DNA from: a virus
Reading direction: 5' to 3' (one strand)
IMG/VR virus record: IMGVR_UViG_3300044716_000973
Span: 9,120-73,119 of that record
Length of the DNA stretch: 64,000 nucleotides
The position numbers and the translations under genes are program-made. The notes beneath the pieces are model-generated. The model ran no database searches. It saw only the letters and a program-made list of their open reading frames with translations, and was not told the origin of the DNA. This document shows, piece after piece, positions 1 to 9,132 of the stretch; the first letter of the stretch is position 1, and each line of letters starts with the position of its first letter.

Positions 1-1
1 G

Positions 2-580
2 TTGTCTATAGAGACTGATATCATATTCGATCATCTAGGCCTGATTAATATTGGGTTTGCCAGTATCGATCATGACGAATTTAAAAAGGCCGCTGAACTT
101 ATTCGGTTAACGAGTATTTCAAATTATCGTAATAACATCTATACGATTGGTAATGGTGCTTCTGCTGCAATTGCTCAGCATTGGGCATGTGATTATACCA
201 AGGGATGCAAGAAGGGTGGCATGAGACCACGAGTGATCTCGTTAGCTGCTAACATTCCTCTAATGACTGCCATCTCCAATGATATTAGTTATGATGATGT
301 ATATTCATTCCAACTCGAAGCACTTGGTCAAGAAGGCGATGTGCTTGTGGCCATCTCATCGAGTGGTAACTCTCCTAATGTTGTCAAGGCAATCGAGACT
401 GCAAAGAAGCTAAAAGTAAAAACTATTGCTTTGACAGGATTTTCACGCGACAATAAGTGTGCTCAGCTTGCAGACATTTCTCTCCATGTTGACATTCAAG
501 AGTACGAAGCCGCTGAAGATGTGCACCAAGCGATCATGCATATGATTGCAAAATATTTGCGCACAGAAATTAGTGGTTGA
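2..580 (+). CDS. gmhA: Phosphoheptose (sedoheptulose-7-P) isomerase, SIS domain; true start may lie outside the window
   Basis: GNGASAAIAQH, ISNDISYDDVYSFQL, GDVLVAISSSGNSPNVVKA and EDVHQAIMH motifs typical of GmhA. Confidence 0.85.
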   Translation: MSIETDIIFDHLGLINIGFASIDHDEFKKAAELIRLTSISNYRNNIYTIGNGASAAIAQHWACDYTKGCKKGGMRPRVISLAANIPLMTAISNDISYDDVYSFQLEALGQEGDVLVAISSSGNSPNVVKAIETAKKLKVKTIALTGFSRDNKCAQLADISLHVDIQEYEAAEDVHQAIMHMIAKYLRTEISG

Positions 581-605
581 CATTTTTTTGAAATTGATGT
601 AGATT
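577..605 (+). promoter_or_regulatory. Sigma70-type early promoter
   Basis: TTGACA (577-582), 17 nt, TAGATT (600-605); GAGG SD before ATG 631. Confidence 0.65.
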
Positions 606-630
606 TAATCTATAATCAAAGAGGAAAACT

Positions 631-1725
631 ATGGCTATCAGTATTAAGACCAAAGCTAAACCAAAGCAAAAGTCACGTGCAACGATCAAATCGATCGATG
701 ATAAGCACTATGGACCAGAACCAATTGTTGTTGGTAGCTTTACAGACGCTCTGAATTGGTACAACTACATGGGCAACGATGATGATGCTCGTGAATGGTT
801 CTTTGACTACATGAAAAAGAACTATACCAAGAGTGATATTGCTTTCATTCGAAAGCTTCCTAAGTGGAAGATCTCTAAGACTCTTGGTAGTGTTGCTCGT
901 ATTCTTTCGAATGGTAATGAACTACCAGAAAAGAATGTGGAATACTTTAAGAACAACGTACGTGATCTAATTCAAGCTGGCAAGCAGGTAGTAGACGAAG
1001 TCGAAGAAGCACCTAAGCCAGTTGTTGATATTCAAGCACGTGTTCGTGATAAGGCCAATATCATTATCACGAATCTTGAAGAAGAAATTGATCTTGTCAT
1101 GGATGGTAAAGACTTCTCCATGTACAACTTCTGTCAGGCCAAGGAACTTAATCCTCAAATCCTGAACATTGTTTCTGACTACTATCGTCCACAGTGGGAT
1201 GAGATTCGTTCAAACGACGAACAGGTCAAGGAAGCATTTGGCAAGCGTCAAAAGTTTTGGTTAAATTTTTGGAATAATTTCTTCGCTGACATCGAAAGAT
1301 ACCTAAATAATAAAAAGGTAGTAAAGGTTCGTAAGCCAAGAGAGAAGAAGGTCAAGTCGGCCGTTGATCTGGTCAAAAGCCTGAAGTACCAGAAGGAAGA
1401 ACCTTCACTGAAGATTGTGTCGGTACATCCGGCAGAAATTATTGGATGTCAACAGCTATGGGTGTACAACACCAAATATCGCAAACTGACTCAGTACCTA
1501 GCGGTGGGACCTGCGGGTATTCAAGTCAAGGGAACGACTCTTACTGGATGGGATGTCGAATCCAGTACGTCGAAGACTCTACGAAAGCCAGAAGAATCCC
1601 TGACGGGTCTCTTGTCGGTAGGCAAGGTTGGACTGAGGTCGTTTATGTCAAATATAAAGACAGCGGAAAGCAAGCCTAATGGTCGACTCAATCAAGAATG
1701 TATTCTGCTAAGGGTAGTTAAGTGA
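631..1725 (+). CDS. Hypothetical T4-like phage protein (364 aa)
   Basis: Long ORF with SD and promoter, basic protein, no recognised catalytic motif. Confidence 0.75.
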   Translation: MAISIKTKAKPKQKSRATIKSIDDKHYGPEPIVVGSFTDALNWYNYMGNDDDAREWFFDYMKKNYTKSDIAFIRKLPKWKISKTLGSVARILSNGNELPEKNVEYFKNNVRDLIQAGKQVVDEVEEAPKPVVDIQARVRDKANIIITNLEEEIDLVMDGKDFSMYNFCQAKELNPQILNIVSDYYRPQWDEIRSNDEQVKEAFGKRQKFWLNFWNNFFADIERYLNNKKVVKVRKPREKKVKSAVDLVKSLKYQKEEPSLKIVSVHPAEIIGCQQLWVYNTKYRKLTQYLAVGPAGIQVKGTTLTGWDVESSTSKTLRKPEESLTGLLSVGKVGLRSFMSNIKTAESKPNGRLNQECILLRVVK

Positions 1726-2075
1726 CAGATAACATCGTTCTCTTTCCTGGATTCAAACGTGAATCTCCTCCGCAATCAGTAGAAGAAATTGCAGATCAGG
1801 TTACGCAGAATCGTAAAGACCATGTTGATGGTGTACTGAATGACGTCATTCCAGATCTCATTCATATGTTCGGGTCTTATGGACTTGACATCAACTCGGA
1901 CGATTACATCAAAGATGTTGCTATGGTAATGGAATCCATCAAGGCGATGATTAGCAGACAATATCGCCTTGAACATCCTTTTCATTCTATGGTTGACAAT
2001 ATTTTTGATTTTAGTTATAATGAAGATAATACGGTTGCATACACATACAAATTTCCCAACAAGGATGAAGAGTAA
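1722..2075 (+). CDS. Hypothetical protein
   Basis: GTG start overlaps the upstream stop; operon-like packing. Confidence 0.7.
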   Translation: MTDNIVLFPGFKRESPPQSVEEIADQVTQNRKDHVDGVLNDVIPDLIHMFGSYGLDINSDDYIKDVAMVMESIKAMISRQYRLEHPFHSMVDNIFDFSYNEDNTVAYTYKFPNKDEE

Positions 2076-2081
2076 TATATT

Positions 2082-2933
2082 ATGATTATTGTTGATTTGT
2101 CTCAGGTGATGATTTCCAATCTGATGGTTCAGCTTGGTAACCATACAAACACCGAGCTTGAAGAAGATCTTCTTCGCCATATGATTCTCAATTCAATTCG
2201 TTCATATAACCAAAAGTTTAAGAACGAATACGGTGAGATGATTATTGCATGCGATGCTGGTAACAACTGGCGTCGTCAAATCTTTCCTTACTACAAAGCC
2301 AATCGCCGTAAGAACCGTGAGAAGTCTGAGCTCAACTGGACTCAGATCTTTGACACACTCGGCAAGGTTCGTGAGGAACTCAAGGAATACTTCCCTTATC
2401 GCGTTATTCAAATTGATGGTGCCGAGGCCGATGATGTCATTGGTACTCTAGTCGATAAGTTCGGCAACACTTCTGAAAAGATTCTGATCATGTCCGGTGA
2501 TAAGGACTTTGTTCAGCTGCAACGTTACATGAATGTCAAGCAATACGATCCTGTTCAGAAGAAGTGGCGTACCACTAACGATCCTGATCGCTTCATGAAG
2601 GAGCATATCATTCGTGGCGACGTTGGTGATGGTGTTCCTAACTTCCTTTCGGCTGACAACACGTTTGTAGTTGGCGCTCGTCAAAAGCCAATTAGCCAAA
2701 AGAAACTGGATGAATGGCTTAACCAAGATCCTCGCGACTTCTGCGATGAGAACATGCTTCGTGGTTACCTTCGTAATCAGCAGCTTGTTGATTTAAACTT
2801 CATTCCAGAAAATCTACGTGACCAAGTGCTTGTTGAGTATGAAGCTCAGGCAGGCAAGGGTCGTAGCAAGCTATTCAATTACTTCATTGAAAAGCGTCTC
2901 AAAAACCTCCTCGAAAGTATCAATGAGTTTTAA
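2082..2933 (+). CDS. rnh: T4-type RNase H (5'-3' exonuclease, FEN-like)
   Basis: MIIVDLSQ, WRRQIFPYYKANR, EADDVIG, SGDKDFVQL and GDVGDGVPN motifs. Confidence 0.93.
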   Translation: MIIVDLSQVMISNLMVQLGNHTNTELEEDLLRHMILNSIRSYNQKFKNEYGEMIIACDAGNNWRRQIFPYYKANRRKNREKSELNWTQIFDTLGKVREELKEYFPYRVIQIDGAEADDVIGTLVDKFGNTSEKILIMSGDKDFVQLQRYMNVKQYDPVQKKWRTTNDPDRFMKEHIIRGDVGDGVPNFLSADNTFVVGARQKPISQKKLDEWLNQDPRDFCDENMLRGYLRNQQLVDLNFIPENLRDQVLVEYEAQAGKGRSKLFNYFIEKRLKNLLESINEF

Positions 2934-2934
2934 T

Positions 2935-3360
2935 ATGCCAAGACAAACAATTGCACAAATTATAGAAACAGCATCAAAGATCGAAGTTATAGAAGATCGT
3001 GCTCAGTATCTTCGCGACAACGATTCATCAACTCTTCGTTATATTCTTGAACTGGCTCTTGTGCCAGGTGTCGAGTGGGAAATTCCTGAAGGAGCTCCTC
3101 CATTTAAACCATGTGAATACCTAGATGTAGAAGGTCGACTTCACCAAGAAGCTCGTACTCTCTACATGTACCTCAAAGGAAACCAACCAGGTCTTACACA
3201 ATTGAAACGTGAAATGCTTTTCATTGGTCTCCTTGAGTCCATTGATAAGCGTGATGCCAATCTATTGATTGCCGTCAAAGACAAGAAACTACCTCGTACT
3301 ATCTCCACCAAAGTTGTCAACCTCGCATTTCCAGGGTTAATCAATGAGCAAGTCAATTAA
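2935..3360 (+). CDS. Conserved hypothetical T4-like protein
   Basis: ATG 2935 directly after the rnh stop; IPEGAPPF and KREMLFIGLLESI resemble the ORF usually found after rnh in marine/freshwater T4-likes. Confidence 0.7.
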   Translation: MPRQTIAQIIETASKIEVIEDRAQYLRDNDSSTLRYILELALVPGVEWEIPEGAPPFKPCEYLDVEGRLHQEARTLYMYLKGNQPGLTQLKREMLFIGLLESIDKRDANLLIAVKDKKLPRTISTKVVNLAFPGLINEQVN

Positions 3361-3514
3361 GCGGAATAATAAGTACTATAGCCATGATGATGATCTTTAT
3401 GAAGACCACCACTACGAAACTCATGGCCAAAAGCTTTTAGAGAAACGAATTCGTTCAGCTCTTCGTTCTCGAACCAAAAGCGGTTTGTTTGATTTAATTG
3501 AAGAAGATTATTAA
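3344..3514 (+). CDS. Small hypothetical protein (56 aa, MSKSIKRNNK...EEDY), not in the ORF track
   Basis: Fills the gap exactly; its TAA overlaps the next ATG (TAATG). Confidence 0.65.
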   Translation: MSKSIKRNNKYYSHDDDLYEDHHYETHGQKLLEKRIRSALRSRTKSGLFDLIEEDY

Positions 3515-3813
3515 TGCCAATCTATGAGTTTAGGGACAAAGAAACCGGGGAAACCTGGGAAGAGTTCCTTTCTATGTCTGCACGAGAAGAATACCTTGCA
3601 GAAAATCCACACGCAGAACTAGTCATTGGTGCTCCTGCTTTCATTTCTGGAATTGCAGGTGTTACTCATAAAAACGACGATGGCTTTAAAGATCTGTTAA
3701 ATAGGATTGGAACAGCAAATCCGGCTTCTCCTCTCGGACAGCAACATGGAGACAAGAGCATTAAAGCCACTAAGATTCGCGACGCCGTTAATAAAGCTAA
3801 AAACAAAAAATAA
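3514..3813 (+). CDS. FmdB-like small regulatory protein, Cys-less T4-like variant
   Basis: MPIYEFRDKETGE N-terminus; position just before phoH. Confidence 0.65.
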   Translation: MPIYEFRDKETGETWEEFLSMSAREEYLAENPHAELVIGAPAFISGIAGVTHKNDDGFKDLLNRIGTANPASPLGQQHGDKSIKATKIRDAVNKAKNKK

Positions 3814-3822
3814 GGATGATTC

Positions 3823-4578
3823 GTGACTGAAGCAAGACTTACCAAAAGACAAAAGAGAATTCTACGTCAAAACGGAGAACAAGATCTGCTGAACAACAAA
3901 CCGAGTTTCAACTCTCCAAACTTTAATCTAAAACGAGTTCATCCACTTACAGACAACCAAAAGAAAACGTTTGATGCATTCCATAGTGGTAAACATCTAA
4001 TGCTTCATGGCATGGCTGGTACTGGTAAGACTTTTCTTTCAATGTATCTGGCAATTAAAGATTTGATTGGTGGAACAAGCGAACAAGAAAAGATCTACGT
4101 AATCCGTTCTGTTGTTCCGACTCGTGATATGGGATTCCTACCAGGATCTCAGAAAGAAAAGATGAAGGTCTATGAAGCTCCGTACTATGCAATCTGCAGC
4201 GAGCTCTTTGAACGTGGAGATGCTTACGACATTCTAAAACAAAAGAATGCCATTGAGTTTATGAGTACCTCATTTGTTCGTGGTACTACATTGAACAACT
4301 GTTATGTGATCGTTGATGAGATCAATAACATGACGTTCCATGAACTTGATTCTGTTATCACACGTATCGGTAAGAACTGCCGAGTGATTTTTTGTGGAGA
4401 CTTCCGTCAGTCTGACTTATCTCGTGAACAAGAGCGTAATGGCTTAAAAGAGTTCATAAAAGTGATTGACAGATTATCCGATTTTGATTATATTGATTTC
4501 TTAGAGGCCGATATTGTGCGCTCTAAACTTGTGAAGGAATACATAATTGCACGCCAAAAGCTTGGACTACAACCGTAA
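3823..4578 (+). CDS. phoH: PhoH-family ATPase
   Basis: GMAGTGKT Walker A, RSVVPTRDMGFLPG, RGTTL, IVDE and GDFRQSDL. Confidence 0.93.
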   Translation: MTEARLTKRQKRILRQNGEQDLLNNKPSFNSPNFNLKRVHPLTDNQKKTFDAFHSGKHLMLHGMAGTGKTFLSMYLAIKDLIGGTSEQEKIYVIRSVVPTRDMGFLPGSQKEKMKVYEAPYYAICSELFERGDAYDILKQKNAIEFMSTSFVRGTTLNNCYVIVDEINNMTFHELDSVITRIGKNCRVIFCGDFRQSDLSREQERNGLKEFIKVIDRLSDFDYIDFLEADIVRSKLVKEYIIARQKLGLQP

Positions 4579-5245
4579 ACATTTCGAATTTGATCTGCTC
4601 GAGTTTGCAAATCTAAATCGTATTGATGGTGAAACTGCTCGTTTGTACGAGACTCCTACCGGTCAAAGGTATCCATCGGTCACTACCGTTCTCGGTAAGA
4701 TGTCTGATAAGACTGCGCTCAACGAATGGCGCAAGAGAGTCGGTGATGAGGAAGCCAATAGGGTTTCTGCGCGAGCCGCATCTCGTGGGACGTCTATCCA
4801 TAACATGTGTGAGAAGTACATTCTTGATCAAGAATTTGATACTTCGTTGCCACATAACATGGTAATTTTCCGCCAGATTAAAGGAATCCTTGACGAAAAG
4901 GTTGATATGATTCGTGCCACTGAATGCACGCTCTTCAGCCATCATCTCAAGATTGCTGGTACCTGTGACTTGATTGCAGACTACGATGGTAGGCTTTCCA
5001 TTATCGATTATAAGACATCCACTAAGCGTAAGCGTAAGGACTGGATTGAAGGTTACTTCTTACAGTGTAGCCTCTATGCCTACATGCTCTGGGAAATGAC
5101 TGGAATTGCAATCAAAGACATCGTGATTATAATCGGTGTTGATGATGAAATCGATGCTCAAGTCTTTGTTGAACGGCCTTCCAATTATATCGAAAAGGCT
5201 GCTGATCTTGTTCGTAGCTATCACCAATTATATGGAAACAAATGA
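4547..5245 (+). CDS. PD-(D/E)XK exonuclease (T4-like exonuclease A type); start uncertain, TTG 4547 or 4562
   Basis: YPSVTTVL, RGTSIH, AGTCDLIA, IIDYKTS and YFLQCSLYA motifs. Confidence 0.85.
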   Translation: MHAKSLDYNRKHFEFDLLEFANLNRIDGETARLYETPTGQRYPSVTTVLGKMSDKTALNEWRKRVGDEEANRVSARAASRGTSIHNMCEKYILDQEFDTSLPHNMVIFRQIKGILDEKVDMIRATECTLFSHHLKIAGTCDLIADYDGRLSIIDYKTSTKRKRKDWIEGYFLQCSLYAYMLWEMTGIAIKDIVIIIGVDDEIDAQVFVERPSNYIEKAADLVRSYHQLYGNK

Positions 5246-5808
5246 TGAATCAATTATGGCAATATTGGAGAGCTGCAGTTTCTGAACAGCAAATCTCGCA
5301 TATCATGGAAACCGGAAATCTTCAACCAACAACGGTCGCCGGAATAGGCTTTGACGGATCTACTAAGAATCTTGAATATCGATCAAGCGAAATTAGATGG
5401 ATTCCAACTTCAACCAGTCCAGACATTACCAACATGCTATGGTACTATGCACAGGTTGCAAATCGTAATGCGTTTGGATTTGATATCACCTATCTAAATG
5501 ATATTCAATACACCACATATAATGCTACAGAAAATGGCAAGTACGATTGGCATCACGATGCGTTTTGGGCTAACCCTACGACATTTGATCGTAAGATTTC
5601 TATAGTAATTCAACTCACAGATCCTAGTGAATATGAAGGTGGTGACTTTGAAATTGATCCGCAATATCCACAGCTGCCAAAAGAAGAGATTAGAGAAAAA
5701 GGATCTGTTCTAGTATTCCCATCTTTTATCCCTCATCGAGTTACTCCTGTAACAAAAGGTGTTCGCCGTTCCTTGGTATCCTGGATTGAAGGACCAAAGT
5801 TTAGATAA
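5242..5808 (+). CDS. 2OG-Fe(II) oxygenase (prolyl-hydroxylase/PKHD-like)
   Basis: WHHD (HxD), YEGGDF, FPSFIPHRVTPVTKGVRRSLVSW. Confidence 0.88.
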   Translation: MMNQLWQYWRAAVSEQQISHIMETGNLQPTTVAGIGFDGSTKNLEYRSSEIRWIPTSTSPDITNMLWYYAQVANRNAFGFDITYLNDIQYTTYNATENGKYDWHHDAFWANPTTFDRKISIVIQLTDPSEYEGGDFEIDPQYPQLPKEEIREKGSVLVFPSFIPHRVTPVTKGVRRSLVSWIEGPKFR

Positions 5809-5830
5809 ACCATTCATAGTATTGAAAAAT

Positions 5831-5866
5831 AAAAATGCACTCTGGGTTTCTGGAGTGCATTTTTTT
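5831..5866 (+). terminator. Rho-independent terminator, potentially bidirectional
   Basis: AAAAATGCACTC-loop-GAGTGCATTTTTTT. Confidence 0.8.
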
Positions 5867-5867
5867 A

Positions 5868-5912
5868 TGTACATTATTATGAAAATATACTATACTAATA
5901 ATATAAGGAATG
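5868..5912 (+). promoter_or_regulatory. Early promoter cassette, copy 1
   Basis: TGTACA-17-TATACT; 5882-5912 is identical to 6611-6641. Confidence 0.7.
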
Positions 5913-5924
5913 AAGGAAAAAATT

Positions 5925-6215
5925 ATGACTGCTCCTAAGACTGTTCTCATCGGTGATCGGGTTCGTTATGAATCGGCTGCAGGTACCATTCGTGGTGAAG
6001 TTGTCAAGATCATGAAGGACTGGAATGCAGCTGGTAATTTGATCGACTGGATTTACATTGAGTACTACAACGAAAAGTCGCCTTCGAAGTATTCCATCGT
6101 TCGTCTTGCCGATACGGCTCTGGCAATGATGAAGTTTAAAGTTATTTTTCGCGACTGCATTAACTATGATGCTCTCGCTACTCGCTATGCACATGAACGT
6201 ATGATGGAGGTTTGA
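5925..6215 (+). CDS. Hypothetical early protein
   Basis: AAGGA SD before ATG 5925 (the track starts it at 5910). Confidence 0.7.
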   Translation: MTAPKTVLIGDRVRYESAAGTIRGEVVKIMKDWNAAGNLIDWIYIEYYNEKSPSKYSIVRLADTALAMMKFKVIFRDCINYDALATRYAHERMMEV

Positions 6216-6424
6216 TTATGACTCGTTTGTATGAATATATTCTTGCTCAGGATGATCCGTATGATTTTATCTATGAAGCTCTCGGTGGAACTCATGGTAC
6301 TGAAACCATGAAGACTTGCACTGAAATGTATAGTGATATCTCTGCAGATCATATGCTGCACCCTGATGATGACTTTGAAAAGATCATCGAGATCATGGTT
6401 AACCACATGGAAGAAGATGTATGA
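6212..6424 (+). CDS. Small acidic hypothetical protein
   Basis: GGAG SD, overlapping packing; ATG at 6218 is a possible start. Confidence 0.65.
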   Translation: MIMTRLYEYILAQDDPYDFIYEALGGTHGTETMKTCTEMYSDISADHMLHPDDDFEKIIEIMVNHMEEDV

Positions 6425-6600
6425 GCAATTCTGCTACCATTGAATACTTTGGAATGCCAACCGTTGAACAGGCCATTGCAAATTACTTTGCAAAGCATGG
6501 AGTCACTGAGGATGTTCGTGACTATTTGATGGTCCTTGAAGTCGAAAAGCCTGATGATTTTTTTCAGTTAGTATGTGATTTTATTGAAAAAAAAGGTTGA
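6421..6600 (+). CDS. Small hypothetical protein (59 aa, MSNSATIEYF...IEKKG), not in the ORF track
   Basis: ATGA overlap with the upstream gene; open to TGA 6598-6600. Confidence 0.65.
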   Translation: MSNSATIEYFGMPTVEQAIANYFAKHGVTEDVRDYLMVLEVEKPDDFFQLVCDFIEKKG

Positions 6601-6641
6601 CATTTTTATCAAAATATACTATACTAATAATATAAGGAATG
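6597..6641 (+). promoter_or_regulatory. Early promoter cassette, copy 2
   Basis: TTGACA (6597-6602), 17 nt, TATACT (6620-6625). Confidence 0.8.
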
Positions 6642-6650
6642 GAGATTGTT

Positions 6651-6797
6651 ATGCATTATGTTCTTATGATTGCCGGTTTGATTACAATGTGTGTACCTGA
6701 AGAAGCGGGTTTTCTTCGCATGGCATTGCAGGCTGGTCTCGGTCTCAGCATGTTCGGCTTCGGTACGCTGATTGCTCTTAATGAAAATAATGCATAA
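6651..6797 (+). CDS. Small membrane protein (48 aa, MHYVLMIAGL...NENNA), not in the ORF track
   Basis: GGAG SD, own promoter, two hydrophobic segments. Confidence 0.6.
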   Translation: MHYVLMIAGLITMCVPEEAGFLRMALQAGLGLSMFGFGTLIALNENNA

Positions 6798-6802
6798 TGT
6801 TG

Positions 6803-6831
6803 TTGACATTATTTTGAAAATAGACTATATT
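6803..6831 (+). promoter_or_regulatory. Sigma70-type early promoter
   Basis: TTGACA (6803-6808), 17 nt, TATATT (6826-6831). Confidence 0.75.
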
Positions 6832-6858
6832 TAATTATCAATTGGAAAGGTTTTTGTT

Positions 6859-7806
6859 ATGGCACATATGATTGAATTTATGGATGGCAAGGCTTCGATG
6901 GCTTATGCTGGTGAAACTCCTTGGCACGGTCTTGGTACTGAAGTTCCTGCCGATATTACTCCTGCTGATATGCTCAAGGCTGCCGGTCTTGATTGGCGAG
7001 TGACTCCGGTTCCTGCCTTTGCTGAAATTGCTGGTAAGCAGGTTTCAGTTGGCCACTCTGCTCTGGTTCGTGATGTTGACAATAAGATCTTGGACGTTAT
7101 CACTGACGACTGGATTCCGAATCAGAACGAATCTGCTTTCGAATTCTTCAATGATTTCGTTGCAGCCGGTGAAATGGAAATGCATACTGCTGGTTCGCTT
7201 CGTGACGGCCAGCTGGTCTGGGCTCTTGCCAAGGTCAAGGAAAGCTTCGAGCTTTTCAAGGGTGATACAGTAGAGTCCTACCTCCTCTTCACCAATCCTC
7301 ACAAATATGGCTGGTCAATCGATGTCCGGTTTACTCCAATTCGCGTTGTTTGCAACAACACTCTGACTCTCTCGCTCAATACTCAGTCGAGCAAGATTGT
7401 AAAGGTTAGCCATCGTCGCGAGTTTGACGGTGATCTGGTCAAGGAAACTCTTGGTGTTGCCAAGGAAAAGCTTGCCAAGTACAAAGAAATGGCTGCTTAT
7501 CTCGGCTCCAAGCGTTTCACCGACGAGTCGATTGTAGATTACTTCACTCGTGTCTTCCCGGTCTCCGGTTCCAAGAAGGAAATCAGCAAGAATGCTGGTA
7601 TCGCTCTGGAAATCATGGACCAGCAACCTGGTGCAGAATTTGCTGAAGGTAGCTGGTGGCAGGCATTCAACGCTGTCACTTTCATGACCGATCACATGAT
7701 TGGTCGTAATTCTGACAATCGTTTGACTTCGGCTTGGTATGGTGCTAATAAGAACCTTAAGACCAAGGCCTTGGAAACCGCTGTTGAATTTGCAGACGCA
7801 GCATGA
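6859..7806 (+). CDS. DUF932-family phage/plasmid protein
   Basis: ETPWHGLG, AGLDWRV, TAGSLRDG, TPIRVVCNNTL and GSWWQAFNAVT motifs. Confidence 0.85.
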   Translation: MAHMIEFMDGKASMAYAGETPWHGLGTEVPADITPADMLKAAGLDWRVTPVPAFAEIAGKQVSVGHSALVRDVDNKILDVITDDWIPNQNESAFEFFNDFVAAGEMEMHTAGSLRDGQLVWALAKVKESFELFKGDTVESYLLFTNPHKYGWSIDVRFTPIRVVCNNTLTLSLNTQSSKIVKVSHRREFDGDLVKETLGVAKEKLAKYKEMAAYLGSKRFTDESIVDYFTRVFPVSGSKKEISKNAGIALEIMDQQPGAEFAEGSWWQAFNAVTFMTDHMIGRNSDNRLTSAWYGANKNLKTKALETAVEFADAA

Positions 7807-8036
7807 TTGTAACTTACCTGCCATGGCTAATGTCATGCCTTACTATTTGGATGACGTTGCTGGCAGGTAACAATCACCCACGTGCATGGGCAGTTGGACT
7901 CGGCAATCAAGTCCTTTGGATTACATGGATTATTGCCAGCGAAACGTGGGGATTGATTCCGATGAGCATTGCGCTTGGAATCGTTTATGCCCGCAATCAC
8001 TTTAAATGGAATACTGTGGAGGAAAAGAATGATTGA
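7803..8036 (+). CDS. Small membrane protein (PnuC-like short hydrophobic family, tentative)
   Basis: Three hydrophobic Trp-rich segments; ATGA overlap. Confidence 0.6.
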   Translation: MIVTYLPWLMSCLTIWMTLLAGNNHPRAWAVGLGNQVLWITWIIASETWGLIPMSIALGIVYARNHFKWNTVEEKND

Positions 8037-8364
8037 AGTGAAGAGTAGGTCCCCAGAATCTTGGGGACCTCTTGCCAAGGTTGGTGATAGAGAGTTCAAT
8101 CGTATTATTAACAACCGCAAAGGCAATACGAAGGATCTAATCAAGAAGGCCAAGAAGCTCAAGACCTATAAGGTTCGGTTCAAGAAAGTTTGGGAATCAG
8201 ATTACTTTGAGATCCTGGCAGAGAATGACTATTCAGTTGGCAGTGTTGCTCGAGCTTATTTCAAAGCAAATGAAAGCAAGATCGGGTTCAAGGAACCACC
8301 CCGCAGTAAGTGGGCGGATGGTTATGCTGGTTATGATACATTGAGTTATGTAAAGGTGAAATGA
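8029..8364 (+). CDS. Basic hypothetical protein
   Basis: GGAGG SD before ATG 8029. Confidence 0.65.
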   Translation: MIEVKSRSPESWGPLAKVGDREFNRIINNRKGNTKDLIKKAKKLKTYKVRFKKVWESDYFEILAENDYSVGSVARAYFKANESKIGFKEPPRSKWADGYAGYDTLSYVKVK

Positions 8365-8365
8365 T

Positions 8366-8608
8366 ATGTTTTGGTTGTGGTTAATTGTTGCTATTTTGCT
8401 CATTGCAGTTGGCTCGTATGTTCTCGGTAGGATTGATGTAGATTACGATGATGCGGTTGGTCTATTTTGGGCTATCTTTTTCGGATCTCTGTTCTGGCCG
8501 GCTGTACTACTAGCGGTAATGATTGTTGGTCCGTTCTACGGGTTCTACTGGCTTGGTAATCGTAAACGTGAGAAGCTCATGGAGAAAGAATCTACTACGA
8601 ATAAATAA
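8366..8608 (+). CDS. Two-TM membrane protein
   Basis: Two long hydrophobic stretches and a basic tail. Confidence 0.7.
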   Translation: MFWLWLIVAILLIAVGSYVLGRIDVDYDDAVGLFWAIFFGSLFWPAVLLAVMIVGPFYGFYWLGNRKREKLMEKESTTNK

Positions 8609-8612
8609 GTTT

Positions 8613-8795
8613 ATGGTAGAAGAAAATGGTACTTACTTTGTAGGAATGTCTTTAGAAACCGAGGATGATGAAATCATCTTTCCGGTAAGATTTCATACAA
8701 AGAATTACAAAGAAGCTCTCATACTTACTCGCTGTATCACATCAGGTGACCCTCGAAAGCGAGTTATGTTTGCTGATATTGATGAGGAGTTCTAA
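8613..8795 (+). CDS. Small hypothetical protein
   Basis: ATG 8613 right after the upstream stop. Confidence 0.55.
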   Translation: MVEENGTYFVGMSLETEDDEIIFPVRFHTKNYKEALILTRCITSGDPRKRVMFADIDEEF

Positions 8796-8796
8796 T

Positions 8797-9123
8797 ATGA
8801 AAAAGCTTATTGCATCTGTTCTTGCTGCTAGCATGCTAATTACCACTCCGGCTTTTGCCGAACACCGCAAACGAGACAGAGACTATAGCCAACAGGAACG
8901 CCGTAAAGGTGGTTGTGGCTGGCTTTGTGGAGCAATCATTGGCGGTGTTGTTGTAGGTGCTCTTTCCTCTGATCGTAGAGAACGCAGAGAACGAGAACAA
9001 GAATACGATAACCGTTACTACCCACCAGATTATCGTTATGATAGACGCTACTGCGTTCGCGAACAGATTACCGAATGGTATCGTGGTGAACGTTATGTCT
9101 ATTGGGAAACCCGTTGTAACTAA
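8797..9123 (+). CDS. Exported protein with glycine-zipper segment
   Basis: Signal peptide MKKLIASVLAASMLITTPAFA, GAIIGGVVVGAL, Arg/Tyr-rich C-terminus with a Cys pair; GAGGAG SD. Confidence 0.7.
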   Translation: MKKLIASVLAASMLITTPAFAEHRKRDRDYSQQERRKGGCGWLCGAIIGGVVVGALSSDRRERREREQEYDNRYYPPDYRYDRRYCVREQITEWYRGERYVYWETRCN

Positions 9124-9132
9124 GGAAAATAT

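Noticed and set aside
4547-5245. Cas4-like nuclease suggesting a CRISPR system
   Set aside because: No repeat-spacer array or other cas genes seen, and no four-Cys cluster; it is the common T4-like exonuclease next to phoH.
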